Origin: Bacteroidota bacterium
GTDB taxonomy: Bacteria; Bacteroidota; Bacteroidia; Cytophagales; MED-G16
Length of the DNA: 37,826 bases
Direction: 5' to 3'
NCBI GenBank assembly: GCA_036166035.1
Contig: JAYZHZ010000001.1
Location: forward strand, 1-37,826
The translations under genes and the position numbers were made by a program. This document shows, in pieces, positions 15,363 to 24,468 of the stretch (positions are counted from its first letter, which is position 1; each line of letters begins with the position of its first letter). The notes below the pieces were generated by a model that did no database searches, was not told the DNA's origin, and saw nothing but the letters and a program-made list of their open reading frames with translations.

Positions 15363-18197
15363 TTATTTAATTATTAATTTTATTTCTTCACTTGAAATTT
15401 CATTCTTTATCATAATTGCGTATTCACCTTTTGATAAATATTTATCTTTTGTCTCACTAAACAAATTATGTTTAATAAAGTTCAGTCCTGCATCTATATT
15501 TAGTTTTTCACTTATAAACTGTTCTCCCTGATCATCACTTACTGATAACAAAATTTCAGAGTTATTATTTGAAAAAATGACGAATTCAATATCTGGCTCA
15601 ATTGTATTTCCATACCAGTTTTTCGATCCCCATCTTCTAGAAAATTGTATTTCATCAATTTCAAAAATATGTAAGGGTTTAGAAATAATTTTTTTATTTA
15701 ACATCTGTAAATAGCTGACATCTCCAATATATACAGATCTTCCGTGTGTCCCTACAACTAAATCATCATCTCTTGGATGAACTACTAAATCATGAACAGG
15801 TGCATTTGGTAAACCATTTGTAAAAGCCTGGAAATTATTACCGTAATCAAATGAAGCATATACTCCATGGTCTGTTCCAATATATACTAAACTTTCATTT
15901 TTAGGATCTTCGATAATAACATTAACCGGTTCCATTGGTAGATTATGTCCGATTTTACTCCAGTTCAAACCATAATCTTCAGATATGTAAACCATTGGAT
16001 CGAAATTGTCCCACCTGTATCCATTTAATGATAGATATACCCTTCCCTCAACAAATTTTGATGGGTATATACCACTTACCCACATATCTTTAGGAAGAGA
16101 TGATGAAATATTTTCCCATGAAAAACCACCATTTTTTGAGACATGAACCATTCCATCATCACTACCTACATATATTAGTCCATACTTTAAATCCGATTCA
16201 ATAATAGTAGTTAATGTCCCATAGCTAACATTTCCTTTTCTTCCACCTTTTGTTAAATCTCCTGACAATGTCTCAAAATTATCCCCCTGATTTAAAGATC
16301 TATGAAACCTATTTGAACCCATATATAAAATGTCCTGATTATGACGAGATAAATATATTGGAGTCTCCCAATTCCATCTATATGGTCTTTCACCCAGCTT
16401 ATGGGAAGGTGTTATTCTTTTACGATCTCCTGTCCTGGTATTTAATCTTGCATAATTACCAAATTGCGAACCAGTATATACCGTTTCATTGTCTCTAAAA
16501 TCGACTTCGGTCTGCATTCCATCACCACCATAGATTGATTTCCAAGGATATTGACCACTACTATGCCATCTTAAACTTGATTCATAGTCTGATGGTCCCA
16601 TCCAAACTCCATTATCTTGAAACCCTCCATACACATTATATGGTTCATTCATATCAACATTAATATCATAAAATTGTCCTACAGAAGTACTATTATATTT
16701 CATCCAATTTTCTCCATCATCATATGAGATATTCAACCCTCCATCATTACCAGCTATAAGATGTCCTGATCTATTTGGGTTTATCCATAAAGCCTGGTGA
16801 TCACCATGCATATTCTCATAGTCGATAGACTCCCACGTTTTACCATAATCATTGGATTTTATAAGAGGAACACCCGTAGTATAGACTTTTTCAGGATGCT
16901 GAGGATCAACCCTAATTTCACCAAAATAGTAACCATAAGAATAAAAAAGATTATTTAATTCATCTTCATTGACTTTTTTCCAAGTTATTCCCGAGTCTTC
17001 TGACAAATAAACCTCTGCACCAATAACAGGAGTATCAAATAATAGTGTGTTAGAGTCTTCTAAAAATTCAACTAGAGAAATGGGTTCGATTGAACCATCT
17101 CTCACTAATTTTTTTACACTTTCTGCTGAATATTCTGAAGAAAACCTGTTTGCCCTAAGAAACTTATCAAGTTTGTCATCAGATAATTTTAGAAAATCAG
17201 TTGTTGAAATATCCCTTAAAATATCTTTTGTTAAGTCTTCATTTTTTTGATTAGGTGAATCAGACTGTCTTCTATCCTGATTATCTAAAACAGCATATAT
17301 AATATTTGGGTTTGATTTGGAAATATCTAAGCCGATTCTTCCTGTTCCCTCAGTATCAGGAAATCCACTTGATCCTCCGGATACCTCTAACCAACTTTCA
17401 CCACCATCTGTTGACTTATAAATTCCAGAACCTACACCAGATCCATCAAAATTCCAAGCCTTTCTATCTCTCTCCCACATAGACAAATACAGAATATCAG
17501 GATTTGATGGGTCAATTACAAGATCAATTGCACCAGTCATATCATTAACAAAGAGGGTATTATTCCATGTTTTACCACCATCAGTAGTTTTATATAAACC
17601 CCTATCATTATTATTGGAATAAAGATGACCAAGAGAAGCAACCCAAATTGTATTTCTATCTTCTGGATGAATCACAATTCTTCCAATATGGTGAGATTCT
17701 TCTAAACCAAGATGCATCCAGTCTTTTCCATTATTAATTGATTTATAAATTCCATTTCCGGAATATGAAGATCTACTTGAGTTGTTTTCACCGGTACCCA
17801 CATATATTATATTATTTTCCCAATCAACTGTTATATCTCCTATTGTCATAACCATCTGATTATCAAAAATTGGTTTAAAACTATTTCCATGATTTTTAGT
17901 TTCCCATAATCCTCCGGATGCATAAGCAACATAAAAATGCGATGGATCATTTGGATTCACGGATAAATCAGTTACTCTTCCACTCATTACTGTAGGGCCA
18001 ATATTTCTGAAAAATATATTTTTAATGATTGATTTTTTTTCAATTTCAAGACGAGAATCATACCCTTCAAACCTTTCAGTTGCGACAGTAGATGAAGGAT
18101 AATTTGTTTTTTTTGATCTTTTCTGAGAATAAGAAAAATTGAAAAATAGAACTAGAACAAATAAATTTATTATTTTGAAGATATTATTTTGAATCAT
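15363..18197 (-). CDS. secreted BNR/Asp-box repeat protein, sortilin/VPS10-like (GH74-like double propeller)
   Basis: Signal peptide and about 10 Asp-boxes (YKTTDGGKTW, YKSTDGGESW, SEDSGITW, SNDYGKTW, SYDDGENW, SKNGGFSW, SEDYGLNW...). The N-terminal 'RNIGPTVMSGRVTDLSVNP...YVAYASGGLWETKNHGNSFKPIFD' is typical of this family. Confidence 0.8.
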   Translation of the reverse strand: MIQNNIFKIINLFVLVLFFNFSYSQKRSKKTNYPSSTVATERFEGYDSRLEIEKKSIIKNIFFRNIGPTVMSGRVTDLSVNPNDPSHFYVAYASGGLWETKNHGNSFKPIFDNQMVMTIGDITVDWENNIIYVGTGENNSSRSSYSGNGIYKSINNGKDWMHLGLEESHHIGRIVIHPEDRNTIWVASLGHLYSNNNDRGLYKTTDGGKTWNNTLFVNDMTGAIDLVIDPSNPDILYLSMWERDRKAWNFDGSGVGSGIYKSTDGGESWLEVSGGSSGFPDTEGTGRIGLDISKSNPNIIYAVLDNQDRRQSDSPNQKNEDLTKDILRDISTTDFLKLSDDKLDKFLRANRFSSEYSAESVKKLVRDGSIEPISLVEFLEDSNTLLFDTPVIGAEVYLSEDSGITWKKVNEDELNNLFYSYGYYFGEIRVDPQHPEKVYTTGVPLIKSNDYGKTWESIDYENMHGDHQALWINPNRSGHLIAGNDGGLNISYDDGENWMKYNSTSVGQFYDINVDMNEPYNVYGGFQDNGVWMGPSDYESSLRWHSSGQYPWKSIYGGDGMQTEVDFRDNETVYTGSQFGNYARLNTRTGDRKRITPSHKLGERPYRWNWETPIYLSRHNQDILYMGSNRFHRSLNQGDNFETLSGDLTKGGRKGNVSYGTLTTIIESDLKYGLIYVGSDDGMVHVSKNGGFSWENISSSLPKDMWVSGIYPSKFVEGRVYLSLNGYRWDNFDPMVYISEDYGLNWSKIGHNLPMEPVNVIIEDPKNESLVYIGTDHGVYASFDYGNNFQAFTNGLPNAPVHDLVVHPRDDDLVVGTHGRSVYIGDVSYLQMLNKKIISKPLHIFEIDEIQFSRRWGSKNWYGNTIEPDIEFVIFSNNNSEILLSVSDDQGEQFISEKLNIDAGLNFIKHNLFSETKDKYLSKGEYAIMIKNEISSEEIKLIIK

Positions 18198-18233
18198 TTT
18201 TGATATTGTTTAGAACTTAAATATAGAATAAAA

Positions 18234-18923
18234 TTGCAATTATTTTACACATCCAATCCAAATTCAAACTATCTAGATAAGGAAGAATTTTATCATTGCA
18301 TCAAGGTCCTGAGAAATAAAAAAAATAAAAAAATCAATCTTACAGATGGGAAAGGGAATTTATATGAATCAAAAATTTTAAATATTAGCAAACAAAAATG
18401 TGAGATTGAATTACCTAAAAAAATAAAAAGTGAAAAACAAAAAATAATCAGTCATATAGTTATTGCTCCCACTAAAAGTTTCAGTAGGATTGAATGGGCT
18501 GTTGAAAAGTTAACTGAAATTGGAATTAATAAAATATCGTTTATATATACAAATAATTCAGAGAGGAGAGAACTAAAAGTTGAAAGATTACAAAAAAAAT
18601 CAATTTCAGCTATGAAACAATCAAAATCAGTGTTTAAACCTGTAATAGAAAATATTATCTCTTTAAATAACTTATTGGAAAAATATGAAAAATATGAAAA
18701 ATATGAAAACAAATTCGTAGCAGATATAAAATCAAAAAAAACATTAAATAAAATAAAAACTGAAGGAAAGTCTATTTTTTTGATAGGACCTGAGGGAGAT
18801 TTTACAACCGAAGAAATGAAAAAAATATCAATTAATGGTTTTACTAAAATTACATTAGGAAATAAGGTATTAAGAACTGAAACTGCTGCAATTATGGCAG
18901 GTTATTTAATAAAAAATCTCTGA
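18234..18923 (+). CDS. rsmE: 16S rRNA (uracil1498-N3)-methyltransferase
   Basis: TTG start giving the family-typical 'MQLFY', then 'HCIKVLR', 'IAPTKSFSRIEWAVEKLTEIGI', 'GPEGDFTTEE' and 'LGNKVLRTETAAI'. Confidence 0.88.
   Translation: MQLFYTSNPNSNYLDKEEFYHCIKVLRNKKNKKINLTDGKGNLYESKILNISKQKCEIELPKKIKSEKQKIISHIVIAPTKSFSRIEWAVEKLTEIGINKISFIYTNNSERRELKVERLQKKSISAMKQSKSVFKPVIENIISLNNLLEKYEKYEKYENKFVADIKSKKTLNKIKTEGKSIFLIGPEGDFTTEEMKKISINGFTKITLGNKVLRTETAAIMAGYLIKNL
18678..18709 (+). repeat. 9-bp in-frame tandem repeat (GAAAAATAT x3 plus partial) inside rsmE
   Basis: Read directly: units at 18678-18686, 18687-18695 and 18696-18704, then GAAAAC. It encodes EKYEKYEKYEN. Confidence 0.9.
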
Positions 18924-18965
18924 TTCAATAAAAACACCAAAAATGTATTTTTTAATTACAAAATG

Positions 18966-19038
18966 TGATTGGCCTGGGTCTCGAACCCAGGACCCTCTCC
19001 TTAAAAGGGAGATGCTCTACCAACTGAGCTAGCCAATC
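18966..19038 (-). tRNA. tRNA-Lys (anticodon UUU), CCA not encoded
   Basis: 73-nt cloverleaf on the minus strand: GATTGGC TA GCTC AGTTGGTA GAGC A TCTCC CTTTTAA GGAGA GGGTC CTGGG TTCGAGA CCCAG GCCAATC A. All stems are fully paired, and the anticodon TTT lies at 19005-19003. Confidence 0.92.
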
Positions 19039-19056
19039 ATTTAAAAAGTGGACGCG

Positions 19057-19064
19057 CAAAACTA
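19057..19064 (-). promoter_or_regulatory. candidate -7 promoter element (TAGTTTTG) for tRNA-Lys
   Basis: Exact TAnnTTTG on the minus strand, whose G lies 19 nt upstream of the mature tRNA 5' end. A TTG sits about 33 nt upstream of the predicted start (19086-19084). Confidence 0.4.
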
Positions 19065-19126
19065 GAAAATGTTATCGACATTACAATAATGTGAATAAAT
19101 TATTTGAAAATTGTTAAATTAAAACA

Positions 19127-21724
19127 ATGAAAAAATTAATTAATATATTATTTCTCTATTTTTTGAATATAAATGTATTGATAAGCCAACAAATAGAATC
19201 CCCATTAGTAAATTCATTTACTGATTATAAAAACTTAAAAAAAAATACACCTTTAAATGTTGAGTGGATTTCTTTAGGACCTGTTTTGAATTCTGCTAGA
19301 GTTGAATCAATTCAAGTAGACGAAGATAATCCAGGAACAATGTACGTTGCCTTTGGTTCTGGAAATTTATGGAAAACAACAAATAATGGTATATCCTGGA
19401 AACCAATTTTTAATGATGTTCCATCTCTTGGAATTGGAGATATAGCTCTAGCACCATCTAACAAGAATATAATATACGTAGGTACTGGAGAAAGCTTAAA
19501 AAAAGCTAGAAATTTTACCATGCCAGTAACTGGAATTTATAAGTCAACAGATGGTGGAGAAAATTGGAAGCACTTAGGATTAAACGACTCATGGCATATT
19601 GGAGAAATATCTATTAATCCAACTAATCCTGACATTGTTTTTGTAAGTGTTCTAGGGCATTTTTGGTCTAAAAACAAAAATAGAGGTGTTTATAGAACAT
19701 TAGATGGTGGACAAACATGGGATCATGTATTATACATAGATGAAAAGACTGGATCTAATGATATAGTAATCTCACACTCTAATCCAGATATAATTTATGC
19801 ATCTATGTGGGAAAATTATCCTAGTATTAGCGGAGAAAAAAGTGGAATTTTTAGAAGTGATGATAATGGTAATACTTGGAAAAAACTTAAAAATGGACTT
19901 CCCTATGGAAAGAAAATGGGTAGGATTGGGCTAGCTGTTTCTTATACAAACCACAATAAAGTTTATGCATTAATCGACAATTTATCTAAAGAAAGAAACC
20001 ATGCTGCAGAGATTTATTCTACTACTGATGGTGGAGAAAACTGGAAAAGAACGCATAAAAATGAACTACTAATTTTTCCTGGAATCGGATGGTATTTTGC
20101 CGACATGTATGTCAATCCAAAAAATGATGATGAAATTTATGGATTAGGTGTTAGAGCAGCATTTAGTAATGATGGTGGAAGAACCTTTGAAAACCTTAAA
20201 GGAGTTGTAAAAAGAATTAATTCAAGTGATGCTAAAGGTTTACACTTAGATCACTGTGAATTATGGATAAATCCCACTAATCCAAAACATATTGCATTAG
20301 GTAATGATGGGGGTTTTTTTGTAAGTTACGATAAAGGCAATTCATGGCTTCACTATAATAATATTCCAACTGGTGAATTTTATGATATAGAATTAGACAA
20401 TAAAACACCTTATAATATTTATGGGGGTACTCAAGATGATGCAACTGTTTTTGGACCCTCCTCTGAATGGAGAAATTCTTTTGATGACAAGTGGAAATAT
20501 CTATGGATTGATGCTTGGGATGGCGGAGATGGATGCATAACTCAAATTGATCCAAATGATAATAACACCATTTATTTTAGCATGCAAAATGGCGCTATAA
20601 GAAGAAAAAATATGATGACTGGAGAGTCAAAATCTATAAAACCAAAACTACCGAGTAATATTAAAAATGAACTGAAATATAATTTCATAACTCCATACCT
20701 TATCTCTTATCACAATAGTAATATTCTATATCATGCAGGTAACTATGTCTTTAAATCATATGACAGGGGTGATAGTTGGAATGTAATTAGTGGTGATTTA
20801 ACAAATTCATCTAGTCCTAATAAATTGTCATTTTCAGCAGGTGCTTTTGCTGAATCAAAAATTTCTCAAGGTTTACTTTATTTCGGTTCAGATAAGGGGT
20901 CTTTTTGGGTCACTAAGAATGATGGAAAAATATGGGAAGAATTTTCAATAAATATTGCTGATGCTTATATCAGAAGTATTTCACCATCAAATTTTAGAAA
21001 ATCAAGGGTATATATGTCCATGACAGGAATAAACTATGACGATCTGAATAATTATATATATGTTTCAGAAAACTATGGACATAAATGGGAAAGTATAAAA
21101 TCTAACTTGCCAAATGAGCCTGTAAATATTATCGTTGAAGATTCTAAGTATGAAAATATTTTATATGCGGGTCTATATAGAGGTGTATATATTTCATTAG
21201 ATAGAGGTAAAACATGGAAAATTTTAGGGAACAATTTTCCAATGTCTAGCGTATCTGACATAGAAATTCATAAAGAGACAAATGAAATGGTTGTTTCAAC
21301 TCACGGAAGAGGAATTTATAAAATAAATTTAAAACCTATACATAGCTATTATTCCATGCAAGAATCCATAAATTCTGATTTCTTATTTACCATAAATAAT
21401 GCTTCCCTACCAAAATTCAATGACACTCATAAAGAACCCCTGATGGATACATATGAAAAAATTCCAATTAGTTTTCTACTTGATAACAGAAAAAAATATA
21501 CGTTAAAAATTGAAGATAAAGGAAAAGTTATTTGGGAACATTCTGATGTTGGACAAAAAGGACTAAATCAATATAGATGGAACTTAATATTGAAACAAAA
21601 TAATAATCAAAGACCTTATCATATTCACTATAATGAGTTTATCGATAGTGGTATTTATACATTAATTTTACAAACTGATACACACAGAATTGAAGAAAAA
21701 ATTATTATAGATGCAAAAAATTAA
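19127..21724 (+). CDS. secreted BNR/Asp-box repeat protein, sortilin/VPS10-like (paralog of 15363..18197)
   Basis: Signal peptide and about 11 Asp-boxes (YKSTDGGENW, TLDGGQTW, SDDNGNTW, TTDGGENW, SNDGGRTF, SYDKGNSW, SYDRGDSW, SENYGHKW, SLDRGKTW). It has the same N-terminal 'YVAFGSGNLWKTTNNGISWKPIFND' module as the paralog. Confidence 0.8.
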   Translation: MKKLINILFLYFLNINVLISQQIESPLVNSFTDYKNLKKNTPLNVEWISLGPVLNSARVESIQVDEDNPGTMYVAFGSGNLWKTTNNGISWKPIFNDVPSLGIGDIALAPSNKNIIYVGTGESLKKARNFTMPVTGIYKSTDGGENWKHLGLNDSWHIGEISINPTNPDIVFVSVLGHFWSKNKNRGVYRTLDGGQTWDHVLYIDEKTGSNDIVISHSNPDIIYASMWENYPSISGEKSGIFRSDDNGNTWKKLKNGLPYGKKMGRIGLAVSYTNHNKVYALIDNLSKERNHAAEIYSTTDGGENWKRTHKNELLIFPGIGWYFADMYVNPKNDDEIYGLGVRAAFSNDGGRTFENLKGVVKRINSSDAKGLHLDHCELWINPTNPKHIALGNDGGFFVSYDKGNSWLHYNNIPTGEFYDIELDNKTPYNIYGGTQDDATVFGPSSEWRNSFDDKWKYLWIDAWDGGDGCITQIDPNDNNTIYFSMQNGAIRRKNMMTGESKSIKPKLPSNIKNELKYNFITPYLISYHNSNILYHAGNYVFKSYDRGDSWNVISGDLTNSSSPNKLSFSAGAFAESKISQGLLYFGSDKGSFWVTKNDGKIWEEFSINIADAYIRSISPSNFRKSRVYMSMTGINYDDLNNYIYVSENYGHKWESIKSNLPNEPVNIIVEDSKYENILYAGLYRGVYISLDRGKTWKILGNNFPMSSVSDIEIHKETNEMVVSTHGRGIYKINLKPIHSYYSMQESINSDFLFTINNASLPKFNDTHKEPLMDTYEKIPISFLLDNRKKYTLKIEDKGKVIWEHSDVGQKGLNQYRWNLILKQNNNQRPYHIHYNEFIDSGIYTLILQTDTHRIEEKIIIDAKN

Positions 21725-22436
21725 TTCTAATATTATAATCTTAATTTTTTCTTTTTGTTGTTTTATAACTCCGTCTATTAATTGTCAAAAATCAAATCTT
21801 GATATAGCAGATTCCCTCTTCTATAAAGAGAAATATAATGAATCTAAAAATTATTATGATTCTTTATATTTTATCAATAAGCTATATACTGAAAGCATGT
21901 TATTAAAGATGGCATTTATAGAAGAGCATTTAGAAAATTATGAAAAATCAATCTACTACCTCTCATTATATCAAAAGATAAATAATGATGACAATATTGA
22001 GAACAAAATTGATAAACTAGTTTCCGAAAATCAGTTAAAAGGATACGAAAAAGAAGATAAAGATTATATAATTAGCTACTTTATAAGTTTAAGAAGTGAA
22101 ATAATTTTATTACTTGTGTCAATATCAATTATTATTTTCTTAGTCAATATCTATAGAGTTTTAAATAAAAACAGACCCAATTTTTTGATTAAATTATTTT
22201 TTTTAGCAAACATTGGTTTATTAGTAGTTTTAAATTATAATTTTCCAAAAGAAGCTATTGTTTTCCATAATAATACATTTATTATGAATGGCCCATCTTC
22301 TGGATCTGATGTGTACATGCTGGTTAAAAGGGGAGAAAAACTTAACGTAATAAATGAATTAGATGTTTGGTATGAAATATCAGTAAATAACAACAAAAAG
22401 TATGTGAGGAAAAAAAATTTAAAATTGATAAACTAA
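21711..22436 (+). CDS. TPR-like / transmembrane / SH3b-like protein (BatE-like architecture)
   Basis: Signal-like N-terminus, TPR-like helical region ('YYDSLYF...AFIEEHLENYEKSIYYLSLYQKI'), two TM helices, and a C-terminal SH3b-like 'GEKLNVINELDVWYEISVNNNKKYVRKKNL'. The start overlaps the BNR gene end by 14 nt. Confidence 0.55.
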   Translation: MQKINSNIIILIFSFCCFITPSINCQKSNLDIADSLFYKEKYNESKNYYDSLYFINKLYTESMLLKMAFIEEHLENYEKSIYYLSLYQKINNDDNIENKIDKLVSENQLKGYEKEDKDYIISYFISLRSEIILLLVSISIIIFLVNIYRVLNKNRPNFLIKLFFLANIGLLVVLNYNFPKEAIVFHNNTFIMNGPSSGSDVYMLVKRGEKLNVINELDVWYEISVNNNKKYVRKKNLKLIN

Positions 22437-23245
22437 TAATTTTTTAATAGAGACTCCCTCTCATTTAAAATCTCATTATAAGCCAATCTATCAGAAAGCT
22501 TTGGAAACCAGTTTTTAATTAGATAAGCTAATTTACCCCTAAAAGTAAAAATCATATCTCTCTTCTTCTGATTGTATCCATGAAAAATTTTTTCTGCCAA
22601 CTCATCTGATGACATCATCTTTTTATTATCTCTCGATGATTTTCCTTCTTTTTTACCATCACTTTTTAAAGTATTCTTTCTAAAATTACTATGTACATAA
22701 CCAGGAGAAGCAACCATTACATGAACATTCTTTTTAACGAGTTCTAATCTTAATGAATCAAAAAAACCTTGCATTGCGTGTTTAGAAGATACATAAGCAG
22801 ATCTTGTTGGAGTTGCTATAAAACCATTTAATGAAGAAATAGCAATAATTGAACCACTTGATTTAATAAGATGAGGCAGGGAAAATTTTACGCTATAAAC
22901 TGAACCAAAAAAATTAATATTAAATAGTTTTTCAAATATTTTTAAATCAACTTCTTCAAATAGTGATCTTACTGAAATTCCAGCATTACATATTAAAACA
23001 TCAATTCTACCATAGGAATCTAAAGTGAGGTCAATCATTTTTTTTATGTCTTCTTTTGAAGAAACATCATGACATATATATTCACATTTTCCTTCTTTAG
23101 ATAAAATATTTGATTGAACAGTTTTTAGTCTCTTAACGTTTGTTCCACTTATCACAACATTGAAATTTTCATTCGAAAATTTATAAGCCAATGCCTCCCC
23201 AATTCCAGAAGAACCTCCTGTTATTACGACAACTTTATTTTTCAT
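22433..23245 (-). CDS. short-chain dehydrogenase/reductase (SDR) family oxidoreductase
   Basis: 'VVVITGGSSGIGEALA' (TGxxxGxG), 'NAGI', and the catalytic 'SAYVSSKHA' (YxxxK). Confidence 0.88.
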   Translation of the reverse strand: MKNKVVVITGGSSGIGEALAYKFSNENFNVVISGTNVKRLKTVQSNILSKEGKCEYICHDVSSKEDIKKMIDLTLDSYGRIDVLICNAGISVRSLFEEVDLKIFEKLFNINFFGSVYSVKFSLPHLIKSSGSIIAISSLNGFIATPTRSAYVSSKHAMQGFFDSLRLELVKKNVHVMVASPGYVHSNFRKNTLKSDGKKEGKSSRDNKKMMSSDELAEKIFHGYNQKKRDMIFTFRGKLAYLIKNWFPKLSDRLAYNEILNERESLLKNY

Positions 23246-23303
23246 ATTATAAATATACTTTATAAAAATTATTATAATTTCGCATTAGTAAGTAAACTCA
23301 CAA

Positions 23304-24464
23304 ATGAAAAAAGATATCATCAATCAACTCGGAGAGAATAGAGGAGATTATTTTAATGCAGCAATACCACCGATTTTCTCTAATTCTAATTTTCTATTTT
23401 CTACTGTTGAAGATATGAGAGCTGCAATGATTAGTAGTAATAATATACCATTTTATACACGTGGAAATAATCCAACTACTAGAATTTTAGAGGAAAAAAT
23501 GGCAGCACTTGAAAAAACTGAATCTGCTATTGCTCTATCTACTGGAATGGCCGCAATTTCATCTGCTATACTATCTCAAATAAAGTCGGGAGAACATATA
23601 ATCTCTGTTAATAAACCCTATACTGGTACTGATAAATTTATGAGAGAGATACTACCAAAATATAACATAGATGTGACTTTCACTGATGGAACATCCACAG
23701 ATAACTTCAAAAAAGAAATTAAAAAGAACACAAAACTTATCTATTTAGAAAGTCCAAACTCATGGACATATGAAATGCAAGATCTAGAAGATATTTCTAG
23801 ACTAGCAAAAAAAAATAATATCATAACAATTATTGATAATAGTTATGCGTCACCAATAAATTGTAATCCTAGTGTATGGGGGATTGATATTATAATTCAT
23901 TCAGCAACAAAATATATTGGCGGACATGCAAATGCTATGGGAGGTATAATATGTGCTTCTAAAAAAACTATTGATGAAATTTATAATAAAGAATTCAAAT
24001 TAATCGGTGGTGTATTGTCCCCTTTTAATTCTTGGCTATTTATAAACGGTCTCAGAACTCTTAATATAAGAATGGAATATATTAGTAAATCAACACCAAA
24101 AATTGTTAAGTTTTTAGAAAATCATGATAAAATCAAAAGAGTGATTTATCCACATTCAAATAGTCATAATCAAAAAGATTTAGTGAAAAAATACTTAAAA
24201 AAACCATGCGGGCAATTTTCAATTATTCTTAAGTCAAATGAACCATCAGAAATTGAAAAATTCTGTGATAATCTTGAACATTTTAAAATGGCTGCATCAT
24301 GGGGTGGTCATGAATCATTAATCTTTCCTGAATTGGCTAGATATGATAATAAAAGTAAATACTACTCTCAGACTGAATTATTACCAAAAAATTATATAAG
24401 ATTCTATATAGGATTAGAAAAAACTGATATTCTAATTAATGATATAAAAAATTCATTAAAATAA
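23304..24464 (+). CDS. PLP-dependent Cys/Met-metabolism (trans-sulfuration family) enzyme, e.g. cystathionine beta-lyase/gamma-synthase-like
   Basis: '[20 protein letters not shown]', 'STGMAAIS', 'DNSYASP' and '[10 protein letters not shown]' (PLP lysine). Confidence 0.85.
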   Translation: MKKDIINQLGENRGDYFNAAIPPIFSNSNFLFSTVEDMRAAMISSNNIPFYTRGNNPTTRILEEKMAALEKTESAIALSTGMAAISSAILSQIKSGEHIISVNKPYTGTDKFMREILPKYNIDVTFTDGTSTDNFKKEIKKNTKLIYLESPNSWTYEMQDLEDISRLAKKNNIITIIDNSYASPINCNPSVWGIDIIIHSATKYIGGHANAMGGIICASKKTIDEIYNKEFKLIGGVLSPFNSWLFINGLRTLNIRMEYISKSTPKIVKFLENHDKIKRVIYPHSNSHNQKDLVKKYLKKPCGQFSIILKSNEPSEIEKFCDNLEHFKMAASWGGHESLIFPELARYDNKSKYYSQTELLPKNYIRFYIGLEKTDILINDIKNSLK

Positions 24465-24468
24465 ATAG

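Noticed and set aside
18966-19038. On first reading, the anticodon loop of the tRNA looked like TTTTAAG with anticodon TTA (an ochre suppressor).
   Set aside because: Re-registering the stem as 5 bp (TCTCC/GGAGA) gives the 7-nt loop CTTTTAA, with U33 and A37 in place and anticodon UUU. This is an ordinary tRNA-Lys.
18924-19126. tRNA-Lys as an integration hotspot or genomic-island boundary.
   Set aside because: There is no integrase, no duplicated tRNA 3' segment elsewhere in the window, and the flanking genes are core or paralogous chromosomal genes.
15343-21261. Short opposite-strand ORFs inside the two BNR genes and rsmE (15343..15531, 16250..16498, 17047..17250, 18452..18712, 19312..19521, 20277..20555, 21073..21261).
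   Set aside because: All are embedded antisense in long, motif-rich genes, with no signals of their own.
23246-23303. A SAM or other riboswitch upstream of the Cys/Met-metabolism PLP enzyme.
   Set aside because: The gap is only 58 nt of AT-rich sequence shared with a divergent gene. That is too short, and it has no conserved helices.
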